Positions 9,431 to 16,772 of a stretch of DNA of 64,000 nucleotides are shown here, in pieces; position 1 is the first letter of the stretch, and each line of letters opens with the position of its first letter. The notes beneath the pieces were generated by a model. That model was not told where the DNA came from, did not search any database, and saw nothing but the letters and a program-made list of their open reading frames with translations. The DNA comes from an uncultured Eubacteriales bacterium (lineage in GTDB: Bacteria; Bacillota; Clostridia; Christensenellales; CAG-138). A program made the translations under genes and the position numbers. The DNA lies in the NCBI GenBank assembly GCA_902789675.1, contig CADAPG010000005.1, positions 868 to 64,867 on the forward strand. The letters are read 5' to 3'.

Positions 9431-10153
9431 ATGAGCAGTATTTTACTAACACTATCTAATGGGCAGATTGTTTCTGTGCAGATTGATAGAAAGAAAATGA
9501 AGACATGTCGATTAAAGGTGTTTCCTGATCGACAGATCATTCTTTCTGTTCCGGAATTCGTCAGCGATGAATGGGCAGATGCTTTTTTGGAGGAAAAAAG
9601 ATCTTGGATCGAGAAAAAACTGGAGGTATTTAATTCGACAAGAGGATATGCTTCGACAAATATAATCAAAAATGGTTTCTCTATTCAAATGCTTGGCGAA
9701 GACTTGATCTTTAGTGTATTTCAAGCCGAGAAAGACTATGTAACGCGGGAGGATCGGATTATACAAATTTGCGTTAAGGACCCATCTGATCAAGATCACA
9801 TTATGGATCTTTTCCAAAAGTGGTGGAAAAAACAAGCGTTAAGAATACTACGCGAACGCGTTGACTACTGGTATCCTATTATTCAAAAATATGGGATATC
9901 AAAACCAAAAGTGTACATAAGAAAGATGAAAACGCTTTGGGGAAGCTGCAGCAGAGACAGAGGAATCGTAACCTTCAATTTCTATTTAATAAAAGCGAGG
10001 AGCGCGTGCATTGATTACGTTGTACTTCATGAGCTGACGCATTTTCTATATCCAAACCATAGCAAGCAGTTCTATTCTTTTTTGAGTAATTATATGCCTG
10101 ACTGGAAGGAAAGGAAAACGATATTAGATCAGGATGTTGTTCATGGATTGTGA
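9431..10153 (+). CDS. DUF45/YgjP-like (M48-type) zinc metallopeptidase, a frequent hsdR neighbour
   Basis: HExxH motif in VVLHELTHFLYPNHS near the C-terminus. Starts 3 nt after the hsdR stop. Confidence 0.8.
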   Translation: MSSILLTLSNGQIVSVQIDRKKMKTCRLKVFPDRQIILSVPEFVSDEWADAFLEEKRSWIEKKLEVFNSTRGYASTNIIKNGFSIQMLGEDLIFSVFQAEKDYVTREDRIIQICVKDPSDQDHIMDLFQKWWKKQALRILRERVDYWYPIIQKYGISKPKVYIRKMKTLWGSCSRDRGIVTFNFYLIKARSACIDYVVLHELTHFLYPNHSKQFYSFLSNYMPDWKERKTILDQDVVHGL

Positions 10154-10214
10154 GAAATAGAGTACTAGCTTTACAAAGATACAACAGGATCACGAGAGAA
10201 GCTTGCATAGTTAA

Positions 10215-10265
10215 AAAAGGAGAAGAATCCTTGATCTACGAATACGTCACGGGGAAGAAGGAGGT
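10215..10265 (+). repeat. 51-nt leader element, copy 1 (3 mismatches to copy 2)
   Basis: aaaaggagaagaatccttgatctacgaatacgtcacggggaagaaggaggt, read directly. It ends 6 nt before GTG10272. Confidence 0.95.
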
Positions 10266-10269
10266 ATAA
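10231..10269 (+). promoter_or_regulatory. Candidate leader micro-ORF (TTG start) encoding (M)IYEYVTGKKEV, stop TAA
   Basis: AGGAG-N8-TTG. Codons 10-12 (aag gag gta) form the GGAGG Shine-Dalgarno of the 444-aa ORF. The stop lies 2 nt before GTG10272. Confidence 0.4.
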
Positions 10270-10271
10270 TT

Positions 10272-11606
10272 GTGCGAATGAGGAAAGATAAACTGACGGG
10301 AGCTTTAGATGATGCGAACATTGTTTTTAGTAACAATGATTATCAGTTTACTCTAATGGCAGCTAATAAAGAAGAACCAGAATGTAAACTTGAGTCTTCT
10401 GACGGGTTTATCTATGGTACCTCGTATTACAACAAAAGAGTTGGACTTTTTATTGGGGAATCAAAACTGTGCATTAGCAAATCGCTGTTGTACACTCCTT
10501 TACTCTACGTTCAGTCAGAAACAGCTTGGAATAAAAACATAGATATCAGCAAGTTTCAGCGCATCGTGTTTTCAGGAGGAACACTCAATAATCTTTTTGA
10601 AACTCGATTCTATCAAGATCAGTTACAATTTGATAATGACAAAATAACTATTAACTACCCTACATATAAAAAGCAGTATTCATTTAGAATAAAAGGGACT
10701 AAATGTAATATTACAATTGGCATACTTCCGAACGATTCCTGTGATGATACCTCCTTAAACTATCATAATGAGGCTTACATATGTTTAGAATTTGAGGAAG
10801 AACAACCGTTATCAGATGTGCGAATGCATTATAAATATATTAATCAGGTAGTGTCTGTTATGACACATAGAAAAGAGAATCACTTCGATTATATATTTGT
10901 AGAACAAAGTGGAGACGCGATGATGAGGATGATGAACAGATGTTTGGTTCATCTATGGGAGAATGATAATGCTCAAATGCACAGTAACTGTTGCGCTACA
11001 TTTGATTTTCTGGGAGATAGTCTACCGAGACTATTAAGTCTCGTCTATAACAGTAAAGACAAAGAGGCATCGTACTCATTAGGTTTCATACCGCAAAACA
11101 ATGATGATAGCAGAATCATTACAGATGACACAATTCGATCAATATCAGCGGCCATTGAATGCGAATATCAATTGAGTGATGATCTAACAATTAATTATTC
11201 AGAAGAGTTGGATACAATTTGTGAATTGGCAAGAAATGCAGTAATTAAGTACCGTGAAGAGTATAAGAACTCTACAAAGCTTTCTCCAGATACATATAAT
11301 TCCATTTTCAAAAGTATAAGCTTTTGGAAGATAACTACCGCTGAAAAGGCTTATGCCTTATACGAAAGATTCAAGAACAATATGGAGAGTTATTTTAGCT
11401 TTCGGCAGAGAATAGCGCAGGAAGACATACAACGATTTGTACAGTATAGAAACAGCATATCACATGGTAGTTATCGTAAGATGACGAAGGAAATTAGAGA
11501 TACGGCTTTTGCAATGAAAGTGCTGGTGTATTATAGTTTGCTTCATCGTATTGGTATTCCCGATGAGAAGTTGAATGAATTAAATGTTATGGGGGTTGTG
11601 TTTTGA
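10272..11606 (+). CDS. ApeA-like HEPN-domain protein: beta-rich N-terminal region plus C-terminal HEPN with RNSISH
   Basis: FVQYRNSISHGSYRK (R-x4-H) lies about 45 aa from the C-terminus, where HEPN helix 4 sits. Size and layout resemble the single-gene ApeA abortive-infection proteins. This assignment is from memory only. Confidence 0.5.
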   Translation: MRMRKDKLTGALDDANIVFSNNDYQFTLMAANKEEPECKLESSDGFIYGTSYYNKRVGLFIGESKLCISKSLLYTPLLYVQSETAWNKNIDISKFQRIVFSGGTLNNLFETRFYQDQLQFDNDKITINYPTYKKQYSFRIKGTKCNITIGILPNDSCDDTSLNYHNEAYICLEFEEEQPLSDVRMHYKYINQVVSVMTHRKENHFDYIFVEQSGDAMMRMMNRCLVHLWENDNAQMHSNCCATFDFLGDSLPRLLSLVYNSKDKEASYSLGFIPQNNDDSRIITDDTIRSISAAIECEYQLSDDLTINYSEELDTICELARNAVIKYREEYKNSTKLSPDTYNSIFKSISFWKITTAEKAYALYERFKNNMESYFSFRQRIAQEDIQRFVQYRNSISHGSYRKMTKEIRDTAFAMKVLVYYSLLHRIGIPDEKLNELNVMGVVF

Positions 11607-11618
11607 TAAGAATAAGGG

Positions 11619-12197
11619 GTGATTTGCGTGCTGCTACAAATAATAAATGAAATTAAACAGTGCATATCCAATGATCTATACCTCGCTGCTTTGAGCATGG
11701 CACTGACGATTCCGGATATATGCGGTAAAGCAGAGTATCCCGAGCTGAAAGATAATAGAGACAAAACGAAGAAACGCTATGTGCAGTGGTTTGATACATA
11801 CATCGGGCAACATCAACGCAAATATAGCATTTCTGAAAATGACGGTGTGCCTGATCTCCCATATATCAGCGGCGAACTGGTTTACAAGCTGAGGAACAGC
11901 GTTTTGCATTCCGGCATGGTTGATGTTGACGGACAGAAACTCTCAGAAGAGCAGAACAAGGTTACGAAATTCCGGTTGATGATTTCGGAGAATTTGAGCG
12001 GCGGCTATGCAGCAAGCGATGCAGCGATCACTCGTTCATTGAGCGGTGAAGAAGTGAGCAGGGAATACACGGTTTCGATCCAGTATCTTTGCAACATCCT
12101 TTGTTACGCTGCTGAGAAGTATTACAATGCAAACAAGGATAAGTTCGATTTCTTCCAATACAACATCGTTGACGAACGAAAAGGGGAAAGAGTATGA
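11619..12197 (+). CDS. Small HEPN-like protein (RNSVLH motif); start is GTG11619 or GTG11628
   Basis: Helical N-terminal half LAALSMALTIPDICGK ... ELVYKLRNSVLHSG contains an R-N-x3-H motif. AAGGGG precedes GTG11628. The gene begins 12-21 nt after the upstream stop. Confidence 0.5.
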   Translation: MICVLLQIINEIKQCISNDLYLAALSMALTIPDICGKAEYPELKDNRDKTKKRYVQWFDTYIGQHQRKYSISENDGVPDLPYISGELVYKLRNSVLHSGMVDVDGQKLSEEQNKVTKFRLMISENLSGGYAASDAAITRSLSGEEVSREYTVSIQYLCNILCYAAEKYYNANKDKFDFFQYNIVDERKGERV

Positions 12198-12811
12198 GCA
12201 AGAACGAAAAGCAAAACAAACAACGTAATTTGATAATTGCCGTCTTTTGCGTTATGGCGTTCTTCGTGACGGCGGCTCTGTTATTGGATGTATTCGATGT
12301 TCCGTCAAGACTCGGCTTTAACTGCAAAGATGTGAATTGGAGCATCCAAGGGACAATCATCGGCTCGGTTATTACGATTGGATTGTATCTCATAACATAC
12401 CTGTTAATTCAGCGATGGGATCTAAGAAGGCAGAATAATAAGCAAGAGATAGCTGTCCTGCTATTAAAAGATGCCTATACTGATTGTGAAAAGGGCTTGG
12501 CAATTTTAGAAAAAGGCTATTATCAGATGTTGAAGGATTCTGACGATGATATCGCAAAACAAATTTGCTCCAACGCCGAAAGATTTGCGGATTCATCTTT
12601 TCAAAACGAAACTGTTATCATGGATCTATGCAAAGATGGAGTGATTTCGTCAGAACAGTTGAGAGCCTATTTCAGGGTAAAAACATTTTACTTACAATAC
12701 GTTAGGCTGTCTCTTGCCATGCCGGACAATTCAGGCTTGCATAAGAAAACCAAAGAGATGGCGGAACAAGAAATAAAAGCGGCACTTGAATTGTTAGATA
12801 AGGAAAGATAG
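12194..12811 (+). CDS. Hypothetical 2-TM membrane protein with a helical C-terminal domain
   Basis: TM helices LIIAVFCVMAFFVTAALLLDVF and TIIGSVITIGLYLITYLLI. ATGA overlap with the mini-HEPN gene. No family recognised. Confidence 0.6.
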   Translation: MSKNEKQNKQRNLIIAVFCVMAFFVTAALLLDVFDVPSRLGFNCKDVNWSIQGTIIGSVITIGLYLITYLLIQRWDLRRQNNKQEIAVLLLKDAYTDCEKGLAILEKGYYQMLKDSDDDIAKQICSNAERFADSSFQNETVIMDLCKDGVISSEQLRAYFRVKTFYLQYVRLSLAMPDNSGLHKKTKEMAEQEIKAALELLDKER

Positions 12812-12816
12812 TCGAC

Positions 12817-12867
12817 AAAAGGAGAAAAGTCCTTGATCTACGAATATGTCACGGGGAAGAAGGAGGT
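12817..12867 (+). repeat. 51-nt leader element, copy 2
   Basis: aaaaggagaaaagtccttgatctacgaatatgtcacggggaagaaggaggt, read directly. It ends 9 nt before ATG12877. Confidence 0.95.
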
Positions 12868-12880
12868 TGCCGATTCATGA
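12833..12880 (+). promoter_or_regulatory. Candidate leader micro-ORF copy 2, (M)IYEYVTGKKEVADS; the stop TGA overlaps ATG12877 (ATGA)
   Basis: Same AGGAG-N8-TTG and the same first 12 codons as copy 1. The only codon difference is TAC to TAT (both Tyr). Confidence 0.4.
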
Positions 12881-14073
12881 CAATAAAAGAGCTGGGCTTG
12901 TTGCTTCACGAATACGATGTGTATGATGCACTGCAGTTTATCACTGGCGCACAGAGAGCAATTCTTTCAGCTCTGTTTTGCAAGGATGTAATAGCTGGCT
13001 TACATAACGAAGTTCAAACCGTGACAGAGAAATGGGATGAAGCAATATCTGAAAAAGTAAAAGAGAACCGCGGGAAAGGTGGATGGACAGGGGTTAGCGA
13101 CTGGCCGAATTATAATGTGACAATTGCTGGTGTCGAGATCAACTCGATGTTTGTTCAGGATTTCTTGGTTAGAACTTTCTTTCAGAACGGAAGAAATGCT
13201 TTTGATATATTAGCGCAAGCGGCGAATACCGGATGCTTGGCGACGAAAGCAAAAGCAATTGAACGTGTTAATTTTCGAAGGATGAGCGAGGCTTTCCAAC
13301 AGCAGACATATCAGCAAGCTTCCCCGGAAATGAGCGAGTGGTTCAGCAGTATAGCAAATTCTGACGAATTTAAATATATTGACGCATACTGCAACAGAAC
13401 AAAGCATACGTGTTCGATACCAACGAAGTTTACGATGCCAATACTCAGTAGTGATAATACCGCGACGATACCGGCGTTTCATAAAGAAACCAATCAGTAT
13501 GATGAAAAGGATGTATTAGAACATATTCCTGCTATTTATGAATTCGTTTCAAAAGTGTACCATGATTTCATCGTAATCTTGAAGAAGGAGATAACGAAGC
13601 GTACATATACGGATAACAGGTACTATACTGTAAAGGTTTATCAGCAGAAATATCGTCAAAAGGAGGAGGAAGGTTTCTCGGCTGCGCTGATCGAAGCAAC
13701 AACAGACATAGGTTCTATGCCGGATTCCATACAGATCCTGTTTGCTAAAGCACTCAAGTATAGCGATGGCAACAAAGAGGTAATGGCGCAGAATTGTCCA
13801 TTTGATACGGTTTATATCAAAGCAAAGGATGCAACAGACGAATGCGACTTCATCGGTAAATATGTAGCGAAGGATGTCATTGTCAAGGATGCTCTTCTTC
13901 GATTCAGAACATATAAGAAAGTAATACCTGATAAAGGCGAACAACCGTTGGCTTTGCAAGCGGCGGGGGATGAGAAGCAAAAAGGGAAGTATTATCGCGC
14001 CAACCATTTCTTTGCTATAAAAACAGTCAGCGACGATGAAGCGTTTCTTAAAAAGGTAAATCTGACACTGTAA
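12877..14073 (+). CDS. Hypothetical 398-aa protein, possibly a degenerate HEPN (CNRTKH)
   Basis: Helical N-terminal half with FFQNGRNAFDILAQAAN and IDAYCNRTKHT. The N and H line up with RNSISH and RNSVLH of the two upstream proteins, but the canonical R is a C. The C-terminal ~200 aa are unassigned. Confidence 0.35.
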   Translation: MTIKELGLLLHEYDVYDALQFITGAQRAILSALFCKDVIAGLHNEVQTVTEKWDEAISEKVKENRGKGGWTGVSDWPNYNVTIAGVEINSMFVQDFLVRTFFQNGRNAFDILAQAANTGCLATKAKAIERVNFRRMSEAFQQQTYQQASPEMSEWFSSIANSDEFKYIDAYCNRTKHTCSIPTKFTMPILSSDNTATIPAFHKETNQYDEKDVLEHIPAIYEFVSKVYHDFIVILKKEITKRTYTDNRYYTVKVYQQKYRQKEEEGFSAALIEATTDIGSMPDSIQILFAKALKYSDGNKEVMAQNCPFDTVYIKAKDATDECDFIGKYVAKDVIVKDALLRFRTYKKVIPDKGEQPLALQAAGDEKQKGKYYRANHFFAIKTVSDDEAFLKKVNLTL

Positions 14074-14082
14074 GAGGGAAGA

Positions 14083-14406
14083 GTGATGGAAAAACGAGCT
14101 ACACTGGATGATAGAATCTATACTGCGATCAGGGATAAAGCGGAAGCGTGGGAAGTGGCTGAATTGTCTGCTGAAGAAACACAAGAAAAGCTTTGCGATG
14201 CCACGACGGAAGCTTTTGATAACATTATTCCCGGGGAACGGGTTGATAGGTTCGAGTATTATAAATCACATATGTATGGCTTTGGTCAACTCGTGCAAGA
14301 TGTACACGAAGGTATAATGAACGCTCCTATTGGTTCAAGCGATGAAAAGAAAATAGAACAAAATGCGCCGCAAACAGTTGTTTCCGACGAATTGCCAGAC
14401 CTTTGA
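14083..14406 (+). CDS. Small acidic hypothetical protein (107 aa; ATG14086 is an alternative start)
   Basis: GAGGGAAGAG lies upstream. The protein is rich in D/E. It starts 10 nt after the 398-aa ORF and ends 9 nt before the next ORF. Confidence 0.5.
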   Translation: MMEKRATLDDRIYTAIRDKAEAWEVAELSAEETQEKLCDATTEAFDNIIPGERVDRFEYYKSHMYGFGQLVQDVHEGIMNAPIGSSDEKKIEQNAPQTVVSDELPDL

Positions 14407-14415
14407 GGAAAGAAT

Positions 14416-15996
14416 ATGTCCGAACGTTATACTCGCTTATTTACACTTCCGGAGGGAAACCTATATGCTATCGGTTCTTCTATTATCATTTGTGCCGGAG
14501 CATTATTAAAAGACACTTTATCTGGAAACATTATCGCGCAGTTGAAGTTTCGCAACATCGGAAACAAAACAGTCTCTGCTTTGAAGGTTTCTATACGAAC
14601 GTATGATATTTTTGGAAAAGAATTAGAAGGTATAACAGAGTATCAGTATCTAGATTTAGCGGTTTTGAGGGATCAAGAATTCGGTCAGAAAACCGCTGTG
14701 GTTCTGCCAAACCCGGATACTCGTTCTTTTTGCTGTGATTGCCGTAGCATAGTATTTGCTGATGGCTCTGTTTGGGAAGCAAAAGAAGCGAATTGGTCAC
14801 CTTTGAAAAAGCAAGAATCATTACAATCTCGTTTTGGCGATCTGATAAGTCAATATCAACGTGATATAGGAGATCCGGAAGCAAGATTTGTTGCAATCGA
14901 AGACCGCGATCTTTGGCTTTGCACGTGTGGGGCAATCAACAATAGTGAGGAAAAAATCTGTCATAGTTGCAAGACAAGAATTGAGAAATTAAAAGAGGCA
15001 GAAGATATGACGCTCTTAAATGAGCATTTACAGGAGTATCTACAGAAGGAAGAACAGGCTCGTCTTGAAACTGAACGCAGAGCAGAAATCGCACGTGCGG
15101 AAGAAGCACAAAAAGCTGAAGAAGAACGAATCGCGGCAGAAAAAACGAAAAAGAGATGGAAACAAATTGTTGCGATAGTAACGCCGATCATTCTTGCTTG
15201 CATCGCTTTTGTCATAGTATTAGTCTCTTATATAATTCCTAATAAGAAATACAATTCGGCTTTAGAACTCTACAAATCCAGAAAATACGAAGAGGCAATT
15301 GCGGCATTTGAAGCAATAGCAGGATTTAAGGATAGTAAGGAGAAGATTCAAGTCATCAAGCCTTTGTACCACGATGAATTACTGAATAATGCAAGCGCTG
15401 GATCAGTAGTATTCTTCGGATGCTATGAACAGGATAATGAAGTGGCTACAGCAAATGAAGATATTGAGTGGTTAGTGCTAAAAAGAGATAACAATAGAAT
15501 CCTTTTGATCAGTAGATATGTACTTGATTGTCATCGTTTTGATTATGATATACCCGAGGGAAGCGCATCATGGGGAAATTCATCAATCAGATACTGGCTT
15601 AATAATTCCTTTTTTGAGAATGCCTTTTCAAGTGAAGAACAGGAAAGAATACAAGCGATCCCCATTGAATCAATATCTCCTGCAACTGGCTATGTTTATA
15701 CCACAACAGACAAAGTGTTCTTGTTATCAATTAGCGAAGCAAGCGATTATTTTGTAACAGACAAAGAAAGGACCTGTTTGCCTACAGATTATGCTTCTGA
15801 ACAGATTGTTGTTAATGGAGGTAAACTATACGGGGCAACATGCGAGTGGTGGTTATTGCCTTCTGATAGCGACCCAGCAGGTGTATATGCTGCAGGTGTA
15901 TTAGATGATGGTTGGATTCAACGAAGTCTTCTTAGTGACATAACATACTTTGGTGTACGACCAGTGATATGGGTTGATTTAAATAGTGAAAATTAA
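14416..15996 (+). CDS. Zn-ribbon / coiled-coil / single-TM / DUF6273-like protein
   Basis: CTCGAINNSEEKICHSCK (CxC...CxxC). Charged coiled coil EQARLETERRAEIARAEEAQKAEEERIAAEK. TM helix IVAIVTPIILACIAFVIVLVSYII. The C-terminal WWLLPS...YFGVRPVIWVDL resembles the DUF6273 pattern. Confidence 0.6.
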   Translation: MSERYTRLFTLPEGNLYAIGSSIIICAGALLKDTLSGNIIAQLKFRNIGNKTVSALKVSIRTYDIFGKELEGITEYQYLDLAVLRDQEFGQKTAVVLPNPDTRSFCCDCRSIVFADGSVWEAKEANWSPLKKQESLQSRFGDLISQYQRDIGDPEARFVAIEDRDLWLCTCGAINNSEEKICHSCKTRIEKLKEAEDMTLLNEHLQEYLQKEEQARLETERRAEIARAEEAQKAEEERIAAEKTKKRWKQIVAIVTPIILACIAFVIVLVSYIIPNKKYNSALELYKSRKYEEAIAAFEAIAGFKDSKEKIQVIKPLYHDELLNNASAGSVVFFGCYEQDNEVATANEDIEWLVLKRDNNRILLISRYVLDCHRFDYDIPEGSASWGNSSIRYWLNNSFFENAFSSEEQERIQAIPIESISPATGYVYTTTDKVFLLSISEASDYFVTDKERTCLPTDYASEQIVVNGGKLYGATCEWWLLPSDSDPAGVYAAGVLDDGWIQRSLLSDITYFGVRPVIWVDLNSEN

Positions 15997-16424
15997 ATAA
16001 TAATTCCTACATGATAACTGCAATGTTAGCATATATAAAAAGGAGGTAAACAATATGAAGATTATTAAATCCATTTTGTTGATCTCCAGCATAGCACTAT
16101 TGCTTTTGTAGCCTCTGGTGCTGCTGGGGATCGTGACAGACCCGGCTGTTGTGGCTGTGGCTTCATGGTTTAATTTCGTTGTTGATTTCGTATAGCTAGT
16201 TATTAGCATATGGGAAAAATGCATGAATAAATCGCGAAAGCCGCGCACATAATGCGTGTCCACCGGGATTCGGAACACTCCGAATCCCGGTGTTAATATA
16301 TTCATAATGATAATTGTTTAGTAATGATTATGTTTTCCAAAGCATTAACTTGGTTTGTTTTGTAAAAGTATTATGCATAAAATGTTGAAAACAACGGGCG
16401 ATGAACAGCACCTCCAAAAAGCCG

Positions 16425-16457
16425 GTGTCGTCAAAGTGTCGTCAAAGTGTCGTCAAA
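16425..16457 (+). repeat. Perfect 3 x 11-bp tandem repeat (gtgtcgtcaaa)
   Basis: Read directly. It lies 66 nt from the tRNA 3' end in the ORF-free island border. Confidence 0.9.
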
Positions 16458-16494
16458 ACCCCAAAAATGACAGTTTGCGAAAGAACCAAAAAGG

Positions 16495-16523
16495 AAAAAT
16501 GCCCTAGATTAGGGCACTTTTTT
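16495..16523 (-). terminator. Bidirectional intrinsic terminator just past the tRNA 3' end
   Basis: GCCCTA-gat-TAGGGC stem flanked by an A-run (16495-16500) and a T-run (16518-16523). Confidence 0.6.
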
Positions 16524-16598
16524 GGTTGCGGGGGCAGGACTTGAACCTGCGGCCTCCGGGTTATGAGCCCGACGAGCTACCGACTGCTCCACCCCGCG
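16523..16598 (-). tRNA. Initiator tRNA-fMet (anticodon CAT), CCA encoded
   Basis: The reverse complement is CGCGGGGTGGAGCAGTCGGTAGCTCGTCGGGCTCATAACCCGGAGGCCGCAGGTTCAAGTCCTGCCCCCGCAACCA. It folds as a cloverleaf, with the C1:A72 mismatch and the GGG/CCC anticodon stem of initiator tRNAs. It is nearly identical to E. coli tRNA-fMet as I remember it. Confidence 0.95.
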
Positions 16599-16772
16599 AT
16601 GTTGGAACTACAGTATAACAAGACGCACGGGATTTGTCAACCCCTTTTTTCGGATGGTTTTGTCGATCGGTGAAAAAGGACGGGGACAATGCTGCGGGAA
16701 TCGCGGAACAAGCCTTGCGCAAAACGGCGGGATTTGGTATAATACAGATAATTCAAACTGGGGGCATATGGA

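Noticed and set aside
16109-16111. The in-frame TAG as programmed pyrrolysine or readthrough
   Set aside because: Nothing in the window suggests Pyl machinery, and the lineage context (a Firmicute island remnant) makes a simple nonsense mutation or a genuine 18-aa ORF far more likely.
15979-16305. 108-aa minus-strand ORF in the island border
   Set aside because: It has no RBS, overlaps the end of the 526-aa gene and the plus-strand mini-ORF, and has an odd composition. It is probably non-coding AT-rich DNA.
16401-16545. A ~47-codon plus-strand ORF running from the 11-bp repeats into the tRNA gene
   Set aside because: It has no RBS, spans the tandem repeat and the terminator hairpin, and overlaps the tRNA. 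It is most likely fortuitous.
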